Assembly: GCF_006345805.1 (NCBI RefSeq)
Contig: NC_043016.1
Location: 26,970,001 to 27,034,000 of the forward strand
Direction of reading: 5' to 3'
DNA from: Octopus sinensis
Taxonomy: Eukaryota
DNA length: 64,000 bases
The translations under genes and the position numbers were made by a program. The notes below the pieces were generated by a model. That model saw nothing but the letters and a program-made list of their open reading frames with translations. It ran no database searches and was not told where the DNA came from. This document shows positions 52,447 to 64,000 of this stretch, piece by piece (positions within the stretch are counted from its first letter, which is position 1; the number at the start of each line of letters is the position of its first letter).

Positions 52447-52961
52447 CCATAAATCCTTGAGTATAATCCACATTTTTCTCTCAAGATTTAAAGGTCAAAA
52501 TCTCTAGTGCGTACTATATACAAGGCTAAATATGAAAAATATTTTCTAAGCAATGTTCGAGTCTCTATTTGCTGTCCGCCAATGTTTATTCAGATGCATT
52601 TTGTGATGTCGGGTGCGAAAATACATTAAGCTAAGCCTGAAAGCAATGAAGTCCTAAAAGAATCCTCCATAACTTGCAGTAAGCAACATTTATTAAAATA
52701 AAAGTATTCAGAATACAGAATAACGTAACAAAAACAATTTGCAAACATATTTACATTCTCATATAACAGTTAAGAACATCACCATTGTTGTATTATGCAT
52801 GCACAGAAGTGTTTGTTCGACTAGGTGCTGCTGGCTTAATTACACATGACTCAGAGAAGGGGTGCATGTTATACACAAGGTTTAGGTTTTTCAGAGATAC
52901 AGCCCCCTAAAAATCCCCTGCGTATTATACTTAAGGGCGGACTATACTCGAGGATTTGCGG
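52447..52961. mobile_element. Tc1/mariner-superfamily (Tc2/pogo-like) non-autonomous DNA transposon
   Basis: TA on both sides; imperfect TIRs CCATAAATCCTTGAGTATAATCC / GGACTATACTCGAGGATTTGCGG; subterminal tgcgtattatac repeats. Confidence 0.8.
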
Positions 52962-53689
52962 TACTTGTGTTATGTTATCAAACAGCATAAAATTAGGTTA
53001 AGGCCCTGGATTATTGACCTATTGTAAAAACTTTTACACTGTATACACTATTTAGAAAACTATATTAATCTGATGGTCATAATTAATCTAGTTATAGAAG
53101 AACCACACCTATTTCACAGTTGTTTAGTCAACCTTATAAATGGTGTATATTCTTATAAATTTAATACTCTCGCAATTTATAAATATCATTTTTAATAATG
53201 GCATCATTATGAGATTGGTTGGGAGAAAGAAAGGAAGAAAGTTCACAATATTTGTGGTAAAACAACTTCATATTTACATTAGTGTCATCAGAAATGTTAT
53301 TAAATTGTATGTAGTATTTGTTATATGATTAAGTACATATAACTAGAATTGATGTTTTCATGTATATATTCAACTATAAATTTGTTTTCTGTGATGGCAT
53401 GAGATGGATGGGTTATTCTAGGAGTGAGCTTGTGGGGACAACATTGTTCTCGTTTCATTTTCAGCATGGTTTTTTTTTATAGCTAGCTGTCCTTCTTGTC
53501 ACCAACCACTTTACAAGCACAGGGTGCATTTTATCAAGCCATTGACACCAAAGGATGTCCAATATGAGGATTAGAATTTCTTTTAGAAATGAGGTAAAGA
53601 GACCTTACTACAAAATGGGGGTGGGTGACAGTGGTGATTCAAAATTGCTCTCTTGACCTGACCATCACATGTCCTTGTATATCACAAGG

Positions 53690-53930
53690 TTCTAATGTGC
53701 TCTCAGTGTCCTCTTTTTTTTGACCTCTTCCATTTGTGCCCCAATTTTTTAACTGTCATCTTTCCACTGTCTTGCCCTCTCACTAGTTTCTGCAGTTCCC
53801 TTGGTTACTGCTTGACTATAGCATAGATCCACCTTTTGCGAACCTTTCAATGTGTCTGACCCAATGGAATTTGTACTCTCAGTATTCCAGGATGATGTTG
53901 TTTATGCCACTCTGTTCTAGAATTACTTTG
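53690..53930 (-). mobile_element. RTE LINE C-terminal remnant
   Basis: Minus strand KFHWVRHIER, RWIYAIV, QWKDD. Confidence 0.55.
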
Positions 53931-55016
53931 CTGAATGATACTGACCTCTCTGGGATTTGAGCTCAGGACATAGAGAACCATAATTAGACACCCTATATTA
54001 ATAATAATATATAGTCAGGGAAAAAAACAGCCATGTCTTTATGCATATGCTCATGTACACGCGCACACACACACACTCTGTTATAGTGCCAAGGTTGGTC
54101 TGTTACTCCAAATTTCATAAATCTTGGCTAATCAGAAAAAAATTACGAAAGTAGTCAATACAAAAATAGAGCAATTATTACAGTACTGAAATAATTCTGT
54201 TGCCACTGTAATGTAAATCTGTGCTGATTGGAATTGCCAGAGCCTTGGTAATTAAGCAAAAATTTGCAAAGTTTAACACTAACAATTGTTCTGTTTGTAT
54301 ATTTAGTACTTTTGGGACTTCAAGCATATGTACATTTTCACACACACATGCACATGGGTGTGTAGGCACACTGATCCACATATAAACCCACAAAAAACAC
54401 ATACACATCCATATGATAATCAAGTACAAAGCTTAATTTGTAACAAAGAATGACTAATCTGTTGAACTGGGAAGATATAGTGTGTGTTAACTTCCTTGTC
54501 TGAAGCAATTAAATTTTGATTGGTGGTAGTTGAAGTAGTAATAATAATAATAATGTAACAATAGGATTTGTAATAAATGATACAAAAAACAAGCTGGCTT
54601 ATTGATGCCTACTTTAAACAGAAGAAATATTAGCAATTGTGGTGATATATTTCAAAGATGACTCTCCCTCTTTAATGTACAAAAGAGTAACAGTAGTTTT
54701 GTGGACATAAAAACTTGTCTCTGTTATTCCATTCCATGCCATGAACCCTCAACTCCTGATGGAGATGTAGGGTGGGGGGTACCACTGTTATATACATCAT
54801 TTGGCCATTTTTAGACTTGGCATTAGACCATCACTCTCACAGTGATAGGTTCTGCCTATAGTATGATTTTATCTTTGTTATAGTGTGATTTCAAATATGT
54901 ATTTCTACTCTATTACAATACAGTATTAACAGTGGAAGTTTTAGGGACAAATATGCATACAACACAGCAGTTGCAGCAACAGCAGCAAGAGTTTTCTGGA
55001 CATATCTCTATCTTAA

Positions 55017-55235
55017 CCCTTTCATTACTGTATTTATTTTGAGATGCTCTGTGTTTCTTTCAATTACTTTAAATATAAGAAAGAATTTAGTAAAACAACT
55101 TAGTTATCATTCAGCTAGCGTTAGGAACATTAATTGCGACTAAGGTTTGGTGGAAGATTTTAATTCAACACTTATGAAAACAAGACATTTGTACTCAGAG
55201 CCAGACCGGTTTCAGCCGGGTTGGTAACAAAAGGG
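55017..55235. mobile_element. piggyBac-type MITE family 1
   Basis: TTAA TSD and CCC/GGG termini; reverse complement of 3619-3838; a related older MITE follows at 55260-55480. Confidence 0.9.
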
Positions 55236-56393
55236 TTAAACATAGTGAAAAAGTATTCATCCTTTTGAATCCAACCTTTTTGAGACCACTTCTGGTTTGT
55301 GTAATACAAACTTATTTAAAAGTAGTTTAATTTATAACCGTCCATCAAAATTTATCGTTAATTTATGTTCCAAGCATAAGTTTAATAATGACAAAGTTAT
55401 CTTACTAAATTCTTCATAATTGTTTCAAAATTGAAACAAAAGCAGTGTAGTTTCACAGAAATATAATAACAGAAAGGTTAAACACATTCATTTCTCAAGA
55501 CATGAACTTAAGTAATTGCTTTTGCAGTTTTCCAGATAAATTCTAAATTAGAATAGATAAAAGTTTTAATGGCTGTGTGCTTAAGAACCTCCCACTTTGG
55601 GCAGGTGTCTTCTTCTATAGACCCAGGCTGAATGATTCCTTGAGAGTGAATTTGGGAGATGGGTATGTGTGGAAGCCTATCTGTCTGTCTTTCTGTGTTT
55701 GTCTGTTTGCATGTGTTTGTGCTCCACCCTGCTTGACAACTGACACTAGTTTGTTTAATTCCTGTAACTTAGTGGTTCAACTAAAGAGGTGCAAAGAATA
55801 AGTACCCGACTTTGAAAAATTTTCTATTTGTACTAGGTTCATTGAATATTTGTAAGCTTCTTCATTGGCTCAACACACCTTGTTGTAGTTGGTGAGACCC
55901 AGGCCAGCATTGGCCCAGTAGACCAAATGATCAAAGGCATTCCAGTCAACCAGCCAACCAGTTTTATTCACAAACTTAGCATATCTGAGACTACATGAAT
56001 GACCTGCCTAGTTTAAGTAAATAGTGACGTGATTTATGGGCAATTTAGGTATTATTTCTAACTGGTTGAGTGACTGTAGAGGCTCCTTTTATTATTTCTG
56101 TGCAAGCATTATTTGTGATGGTAGTTGGAGGAGAGGAAAAAGAATAACAGCTGCAGTAACAGTTTTTCTAACATGCACTAGATACATATGTTTCAAGATA
56201 TTTGTCTTACAGATCCCTCCCCTGTCTCTCTCTATATCTCTTCTCTTCCTTCTCTGCAAACAAACAAACAAAAAAAAAATCCATACAAAAAACTTTTATA
56301 CACTTTTATCAAAATCAGTTGTGTATCAAAATTCATGCATGCACACGTATTTAATCATTTTGGTTAAGACTATGCTGGAAGATTGCCTTGTAT

Positions 56394-56613
56394 ACTCTTT
56401 TACTCTTTTACTTGTTTCAGTCATTTGACTGCGGCCATGCATGAGCACCGCCTTTAATCGAGCAATTCGACCCCGGGACTTATTCTTTTGTAAGCCCAGT
56501 ACTTACTCTATCGGTCTCTTTTGCCGAACCGCTAAGTAACGGGGACATAAACACACCAGCATCGGTTGTCAAGCAATGCTAGGAGGACAAACACTGACAC
56601 ACAAACACACACA

Positions 56614-56657
<44 letters not shown>

Positions 56658-56812
56658 TACGTCAGGCTTCTTTCAGTTTCCGTCTACCAAATCCACTCAC
56701 AAGGCTTTGGTTGGCCCGAGGCTATAGTAGAAGACATTTGCCCAAGGTGCCACGCAGTGGGACTGAACCCGGAACCATGTGGTTGGTAAACAAGCTACTT
56801 ACCACACAGCCA
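56394..56812 (-). mobile_element. SINE family A
   Basis: Consensus-like. Confidence 0.92.
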
Positions 56813-57121
56813 CGCAAAATGTACATACAAGTATGCGGGTGAGAAGTCCATTTACTTCCGCAACTCAAAAAAATTTGTAGGTAAAATATGATACAATGAA
56901 GTTCATGGAAAACAACAAAGTTAAACATTTTTCGTAAGGAGTAAAAAAGCGGTAAAAAATTTGCCTCCCAGCCACATTGTTCCGGGTTCAGTCTCAATGC
57001 ATGGCATTTTGGGTGTCATCTTGTATAGCACCTGGTTGACAAAAGCCTTGTGAGTGGATCTGATAGATGATAACTGAAGGAGGCCCGTGTGTGTGTGTGT
57101 TGTTTCCGTGCATAGCCCTAA

Positions 57122-57355
57122 ATATATATATATATATATATATACACACATTTATATATATATTTATATATACATGTATATATTTATATATACATATATA
57201 CATTTATATATTTATATATACATGTATATATTTATCTATATACATTTACATATTTATCTATATACATATATATATTTATATACATTTATATAGTTACATA
57301 TATTTATATACATTTATATATTTATATACATTTATATATTTATATATACATATAT
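57122..57355. repeat. AT-rich degenerate minisatellite (tatatttatatacat-like units)
   Basis: Direct reading. Confidence 0.85.
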
Positions 57356-57450
57356 TCAAACGGCGGTGCATCAGCATGGCCGCAGCTCTGAGCTGAAACA
57401 AGAATAAAGAAAAGAAACATATACACATTTATATACATAAACACACACAC

Positions 57451-57485
<35 letters not shown>

Positions 57486-57838
57486 TATGAGAAGTAGATC
57501 TGCTAGAGTCTCTTACCACTAAGGAATGTTCTCAAGAAAAATTTAGCAAACACCAGAACGTAAGCGAGCAAGACAAATGAAAAATAACAAAAATATAGAT
57601 TATTCACATACATGTTTCACTATTAACAGATTACGTGATTTTTACTTACGCAATTCGTCCGTAGATCTTCAGTGTGACCGTCCATACAAATATAAATTGC
57701 AGAACTATACACGGGAACGTCCGCACGAAATCGAACTATTACACTTGCAGTTATTTTTCAAAAGTCCTCGTTTTGGTATGTATAGTTCTGCAAATTACTC
57801 CCGTATTTGTCTGAGTGTTGGGTCTTTTGGGTGCTTGG
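57486..57838 (-). mobile_element. Inverted pseudo-LTR of a Penelope-like element (endonuclease C-terminus, 3' UTR, hammerhead)
   Basis: Minus strand KDPTLRQIRE (cf. PLE EN C-terminal RQI.E), hammerhead at 57604-57677, ends in (CA)/(TA)n. Confidence 0.75.
57604..57677 (-). ncRNA. Type I hammerhead ribozyme motif
   Basis: Minus strand TCACA-CTGAAGA-long stem II (CTA/TAG, ATTGCGT/ACGTAAT)-GAAA-CATG-TA-TGTGA; ACATGT palindrome; GUA site. Confidence 0.82.
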
Positions 57839-58632
57839 ATAAGATACGGATGTCAAGTTCTGCCCCATCAGGTCACAGAGGGGAAGACCACCCACCATCA
57901 GTGAAGAAAAGCACCACTGAGCGCTGGAGTGGTTGGACCTCACCCACCCAAAACCTTGAGAACAACAATCAGGTGAAAGAAATGATTGCATATGCAATAG
58001 GGGCCAGTGTAAAAACCACCATGAAGAACCACGTAGTAAAGTTTAACAAAAAACTATACATGCAGGTTCAAGGTGCAGCCATCGGTGTAGGTATAGCTGC
58101 AGATGTGGCTGGCCTATTCATGACCTGGTGGGACAGAAAACTTAAACAAATGTTAGCAGAACAGTCCACAACTCTTCTACTCTACAGTAGATATGTAGAT
58201 GACATGAATATCATAGTTAGGACTAACTCTAATGACAGTAATGTGGAAACCGAGAAGAACGTAATGGAGAGCATCTAGCAAATAGCTAACTCCATCCACC
58301 AAAGTATCAAGGTAGCTATAGATTACCCCACTAAGCACCCCAACAATAAACTTCCTGTACATGATACTGAACTTTGGTTAGAGACTGTGAACAATAGAGT
58401 GCAGCTCCTCCATTCCTATTACATGAAACCCGTAACTTCAAAATATGTTGTTCACAAGAACTCGGCTTTGTCACACAACATGAAAATTAACATACTGATA
58501 GGAGACTTAGTTAGAATAATGAACAATGTGTCCCCACTATGCGAACCCTATGAAACGAAAAAACATATACAGAACTTCATGCACCGCATGCAGTTCTCTG
58601 GGTATGATCAGAAAGATAGGGTTCGAGTATAC
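57839..58632 (+). pseudogene. Penelope-like reverse transcriptase fragment, truncated at both ends
   Basis: FCPIRSQRGRPPTI, frameshift, NHVVKFNKKLYMQVQGAAIG, YSRYVDD, TAG stop at 58276, KLPVHDTELW, YYMKP..VVHKNSAL, MQFSGY. Confidence 0.9.
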
Positions 58633-58649
58633 GGGGGGGGGGGCTAGAT

Positions 58650-58992
58650 AGAAATTTGACATCAAGATGTAGAACAAGATACGGCAATAGCCTGAGTTTC
58701 AGAGGTCCACAGCTCTTCAATATCCTCCCGAAAGACCCGAGAGACCTGCAAGGGGTGGATGTAGGTGTCTTCAAAATAGAGTTGGACCTCTTCCTGTCAG
58801 GTGTCCCAGATGAACCAACTTCACGGCAGGAGGTGCAGATGGGGGCAGCTGCATCACACTCTCTCATGCACAAATGTCAATTCCTAAAAGCAATCGTAAA
58901 GTAATATTATGTAGCAACACCAAATGGCGGTGCCCCAGCATGGTCACAGTTCGTGAGCTGAAACTTGATAAAATAAAATAAAAAATAAAAAA
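58650..58992 (+). mobile_element. CR1/L2-group LINE 3' end with 3' UTR
   Basis: SLSFRGPQLFNILP..FKIELDLFLSGVPDEP, then ggcggtgccccagcatgg and a (taaaa)n tail. Confidence 0.8.
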
Positions 58993-58998
58993 TATATA

Positions 58999-59058
<60 letters not shown>

Positions 59059-59084
59059 ATATATATATGTATGTATGTATTTAT

Positions 59085-59249
59085 ATAGATAGATCGTTAG
59101 CCACACATTTTTTTTCTCTCCTTTTTTTTTCTGCGTCCCTTTCTGTAGAAGAGCGTAGGCTCGAAACGTAAAAGACTTTTTCTATTTTGAGCGTTATACT
59201 AATACATCTGTTTGTTTTGTACACCACCTGTCTTCGTCTTTTGTTTCTC

Positions 59250-59250
<1 letters not shown>
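59085..59250 (+). mobile_element. Short microsatellite-flanked insertion with a variant hammerhead (probable solo pseudo-LTR fragment)
   Basis: Unique 165 bp between (TA)n and (TC)n(TA)n; motif at 59139-59174. Confidence 0.55.
59139..59174 (+). ncRNA. Variant minimal hammerhead motif (core CUGUAGA)
   Basis: CTTT-CTGTAGA-A-GAGC gtag GCTC-GAAA-CG-TA-AAAG; conserved A6 replaced by U. Confidence 0.55.
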
Positions 59251-59326
<76 letters not shown>

Positions 59327-60174
59327 CATACATACATACATACATACATACATACATACATACATACATACAATACATACATACAATACAGAGAGAGAGA
59401 AAGAAAGAATATGTAATGATCTTTATCAGGTAGTCAGTATTTGAGTGCCTTGGCATTTTGAAGCACGATGGAGATAGGTCGTTTTCGCCCTTGCTCCCTG
59501 AATATAATTATATAGATACATGTAAATAAACACACAAACACATGAATGGGTGGACAAACGAAAGATGGGCATTCAACACACTTATTGGGAGTGACATGTA
59601 TGGATGAAAACTTAAAGGTTTGAAACTTAAATAGACTTAGAATCAAACTGTTTTGATCACATATATATTTATATCTCCCTAACTTTCTGATGAAAGGCGT
59701 GCTCTTTCTAACCTTGGTATTGTCTTATTTATAAATCCAAAGCGACATAGCAACATAGGGGAGGGAAAAAAATGAAACCCCCCCCCCCACAGAAATCCCG
59801 AAGTTACATGGCAACACACGAAACATTTATCAGACATCGTGTGTATATGTGTAATCTATATAATGAGGAAGGGGTGAGTGTAACGAAAAAACAATAAATG
59901 CAACAGTTGATACCGTTACGCGAACTCATGACAATTACGATGATGATATGAAGTAAAAATGTTATCGTTTGAATTATTTCTCCCAACCACCACCGCCACC
60001 ACCACCACCGCTCTTCCCCAAAATGTTTGAATAATCGTGGGAAATAAAACAAATACACACTCGTGCTTATCATTCGGAGTTTTTAGGTCCACCGAAATAG
60101 TTGGGACATTTTTGTGAATTGTGAGGGGATAGGGGATGACCACATCGACCAAATGTAAAAGAAAAAATTAAAAT

Positions 60175-60594
60175 AGGCGCAGGAGTGGCTGTGTGGTAAG
60201 TAGCTTGCTAACCAACCACATGGTTCCGGGTTCAATCCCACTGCGTGGCATCTTGGGCAAGTGTCTTCTGCTATAGCCCCGGGCCGACCAATGCCTTCTG
60301 AGTGGATTTGGTAGACGGAAACTGAAAGAAGCCTGTCGTATATATGTATATATGTATATATATATGTGTGTGTGTGTGTTTGTACCCCTAGCATTGCTTG
60401 ACAACCGATGCTGGTGTGTTTAGGTCCCCGTCACTTAGCGGTTCGGCAAAAAGAGACCGATAGAATAAGTACTGGGCTTACAAAAAGAATAAGTCCCGGG
60501 GTCGAGTTGCTCGACTAAAGGCGGTGCTCCAGCATGGCCGCAGTCAAATGACTGAAACAAGTAAGAGTAAAGAGTATGAAACAACGAATGGAAC
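60175..60594 (+). mobile_element. SINE family A, full length, little diverged
   Basis: A-box-like tggctgtgtggtaag, B-box ggttcaatccc, CpGs intact, (agtaa)n tail. Confidence 0.94.
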
Positions 60595-61869
60595 AACTTA
60601 TTTTTATGTGTGTTATAAGTGAAAGGCTTGGGGGTTACTGAATCACAAGATTGAAATTCCACTGTACGAAATAATAGCGTATGACTTCCAGTGAATGACC
60701 TCATATAATATCTATGCTGGTTGTAATCGGAAGGTAGATATAGATAGAACGATGGACGGATAAACGAAGGTAGGCCGTCTGAGATAGACGTGGACAGATC
60801 AAATAGACATAGATGATGATAGATAAGGTAGAGGCAGTTCAGACGTTAGATGGATGGTATAATTCAGATAGACGTAGACAAATTATATGAATTGATAGTA
60901 TACGAGAGAGAGAGAAGCTTGATAATTAGGGAGAGGGGAAAGAAAAGATGCAAAAATAGACAAATATATAAACTTTGTGAGACAGCTAACTGGATGGATG
61001 GATGGATGAATATTATAGACTTACAGATTGATTGGTAGATAGTGAGAGAAAGAGAAAGAAAGAAAAAGGAAGGGTAATAGGAATGAGAACCTAGGAAGAA
61101 AGAAGAACGGGAAAGAAAGAGAATTTCAGTGAAGGGAGTATGTTGTGGCTATCTGGTAACAGCCTGGCCTACCAAACTGTAAAAGCTAAATTTAGCATCA
61201 GATGTGTGTATCTCTTTGTTGTTGTTGTTGTTGTTGTTGTTGTTTGTTGGTAGAAATGGTGGTGGTGGAAGGCGGATGGGATGGATGGAGGATCGCAAAT
61301 GTAGCACTTGGCTGTTTCGCTGCTGCTAAAATGTACTGTTTACAACAAAACGAAAACTGTTGATTATATTTTCTTTTTCTTTTTTTTTTTAAATTAATCA
61401 ACAACAAAGATCATCATTATTTAAGAGAAAAGGTAATTTTTATTTATTTATTTATTTATTCAATCACTCATTATATACACTTATACATAATAAGCACACA
61501 TATTTTACTCACAACACAAACATGTAGGAATATACGATGTTGAAAATGTAACTCATTCATTCTACTCTAGCTTGTTTCAGTCATTCTCCTGCGGCCATGC
61601 TGTAACATCACCTCGCGCGCGCGCGCGTGTGTTTTCGCCGATCGTATCGAATCCGAATGTATTTATTTATCTATTTCCAGCCTATTTTACTGAAGACTAT
61701 CGAATTACTTTGTTTAGGGGACAAACGTACAATTATAAATATAACTCACACATGTACATATCCGCAAAATTACACGTGTATAGTATATACACACACACTC
61801 ACCAGTAAGTTGTAACCTTCAGGGGTGCGAAATATGCACCGAGAGAGAGTGGGGTATGTGTAAATAAAT

Positions 61870-62100
61870 GTACATGTATGCCTGTATCGATATGTTTGTA
61901 TGTGTGTATGCATGTGCGTATGTATATAATTAATGTAATGTATGCATGTAATGTATGTATGTTATGTATGCATGTATGTATGTGTGTATGTATGTAATGT
62001 GTGTGTGTGTGTAATGTATGTGTGTAATGTGTGTGTGTGTAATGTATGTGTGTAATGTATGTATGTAACGTAACGTGTGTATATTGCGTGCGTGTATATA
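61870..62100. repeat. Degenerate (TG)/(ATGT)n microsatellite
   Basis: Direct reading. Confidence 0.85.
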
Positions 62101-62732
62101 AACCTATTTGTATCACTACAGACTGTTGTGATTGTTTAACATGGTAATTAAATTATTCTTTATATATTGAAAACCATTAATCAATTTTTCCAACTTATTA
62201 TAATTAGCTCATTCAGTTAAATTGTTGCTCTTTTTCATTGTAACGTACATTGAACATCAATCGCATGAATGTCGACAATGTGGGAATCGGCTACAAGGTC
62301 ATGGGCATAGTCTTTTTCTCTGAGTGATTTCTGTTATACATGAAGTGTGTATACGTATGTCTGGATATATGTGTATAAAATAACCTAGGTATGTTGTTTG
62401 TATGAACGTTTATTATATATATTCACATAACTGTAATTACTGACAGAGCGAAACGATACAGTAAGTTCCATAGGTGGAGTGGCAATGGAAAGTGAGGTGA
62501 AAAGGAAAGAACGATAAAAATACTGTATATATCAACAGTATGTATATACGCAAGAACCACATTAGAAAGGTTGTACGTAACTTTTAAGAAGTATATTAAT
62601 AAAATATCGAAAACTTCTTAGGGAATACACATATATATATATGAATACACACATACACATGTCTCTCTCTCTCCCGCTCTCTCACACACACACACTAGTC
62701 GTATGTATGTATGTATATATATATATATATAT

Positions 62733-63068
62733 GCTCTTTTACTTGTTTCAGTCATTTGACTGAGGCCTTTAGTCGAGCAAATCACTTATTCTTTGTAAGC
62801 CTAGTACTTATTCTATCGGTCTCTTTTGCCGAACCGCTAAGTGACGGGGACGTAAACACACCAGCATCAGTTGTCAAGCGACGTCGGGGGTGGGGGGACA
62901 TAGACTCACATATATATATATATACAACGGGCTTCTTTCAGTTTCCGACTACCAAATCCACTTACAAGGCTTTGGTCGGCCCGAGGCTATAGTAGAAGAC
63001 ACTTTTGCCCAAGGTGTCACGCAGTGGGACTGAACCCGGAAACATGTGGTTCACACAGCCACTCCTAG
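62733..63068 (-). mobile_element. SINE family A with small deletions
   Basis: Consensus match. Confidence 0.9.
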
Positions 63069-63156
63069 GCCTCTCTCTAGGCCTATATACATATATATAC
63101 GCACACACGCTTGTATGTATGTGTGTATATATGTTACATACATACACGCTAGTCGT

Positions 63157-63204
<48 letters not shown>

Positions 63205-63592
63205 TATATACACATATATACACACACACACACGCTGTTCGTTTAATTATCGTTACTTTTTTGAAGTTGCTATCTTTGTTCATTTTTCACTTATTTATCT
63301 AGCTTTGCTTGGAACTCCCCAGCTGCATTCTATTGAGGTATTTAATTCTCAGCTGTGGAATGTCTCTTGATGTCGGTTATTGAAGCACTAAACACACCTA
63401 AAATGTATACGAACTGTAGAGTTACGTTAGTTCTTTTAAGTTCCCTTTAAAAATTATATACCTTTGCTTTCGTCAGCCGGTGTGTTGATTGTGGAAGTGG
63501 TGCGTGTGTATAGTGAATATGTGCGCGTGTATGTATGTATATATGCGTGTATGTGTGTATATATATATATATACACACACACAAATACAAAT

Positions 63593-63927
63593 ACAATTGG
63601 CGCGTTGAAGGTGTTTGTAAGCCATTTAAGAAACACACAAAAGCCGTTCGATTCACTTCAACATTTAAGTTTAATTTGTCAAAATATTTTCGTCGCTAAA
63701 ATCCGCGACCTGTTCACTGAGATGCAGCACAGATTTTTGTCAGTGAACAGGTCGCGGATTTTAGCGACGAAAATATTTTGACAAATTAAACTTAAATGTT
63801 GAAGTGAATCGAACGGCTTTTGTGTGTTTCTTAAATGGCTTACAAACACCTTCCACGCTGCAATTGTTTTCGTTTCAGCACACGATCTCAGATCAAATCA
63901 CTTGCTATGCGAGTACACCCCCCCCCT
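63593..63927. mobile_element. Fold-back PLE-like element: inverted arms plus right tail
   Basis: Arms 63593-63720 and 63740-63867 are near-perfect with a 19-bp spacer; 60-bp tail to (TA)n; left flank (TA)(CA)n. Confidence 0.85.
63736..63785 (+). ncRNA. Type I hammerhead motif with compensatory G3-C8 core (GUGAACA)
   Basis: TTTGTCA-GTGAACA-G-GTCGC ggatttta GCGAC-GAAA-ATAT-TT-TGACAAA: 7-bp stem I, 5-bp stem II, AATATT palindrome. Confidence 0.72.
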
Positions 63928-64000
63928 ATATATATATATATAATACTGGTGTCGATTTATATATATATATATATATATATATAATACTGGTGTCGATATA

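Noticed and set aside
57577-58278. 233-aa ORF as a single intact gene
   Set aside because: Its N-terminal part is the antisense of the inverted pseudo-LTR, the RT frame shifts near 57900, and it continues past a TAG stop. It is a chimeric pseudogene.
60175-60250. tRNA genes at SINE heads
   Set aside because: A and B boxes are present but no complete cloverleaf, and they continue into SINE bodies.

Overview
AT-rich, microsatellite-dense eukaryotic DNA. The SINE families resemble those of Octopus; this attribution is recalled, not searched. No intact host coding gene is visible, and almost all listed ORFs come from microsatellites, SINEs or decayed retroelements. The window holds about 20 copies of a tRNA-derived SINE with a central (TA)n, many Nin-domain SINEs, R4/Dong-like, RTE and CR1/L2-like LINE fragments, piggyBac-type and Tc1/mariner-type MITEs, and a composite Helitron. 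A CpG-retaining promoter/first-exon candidate lies near 21 kb. The main observation is a set of Penelope-like (PLE) insertions in microsatellites. Four are ORF-less fold-backs made of two inverted arms (673-1514, 25346-25657, 36322-36850, 63593-63927); three carry type I hammerhead ribozyme motifs with minimal palindromic stem III and one carries only the 3' half of the motif. One hammerhead has a compensatory G3-C8 core swap. A 5'-inverted PLE (57486-58632) links the same ribozyme type to RT and GIY-YIG remnants. All folds and alignments were read by eye and coordinates of degraded repeats are approximate.
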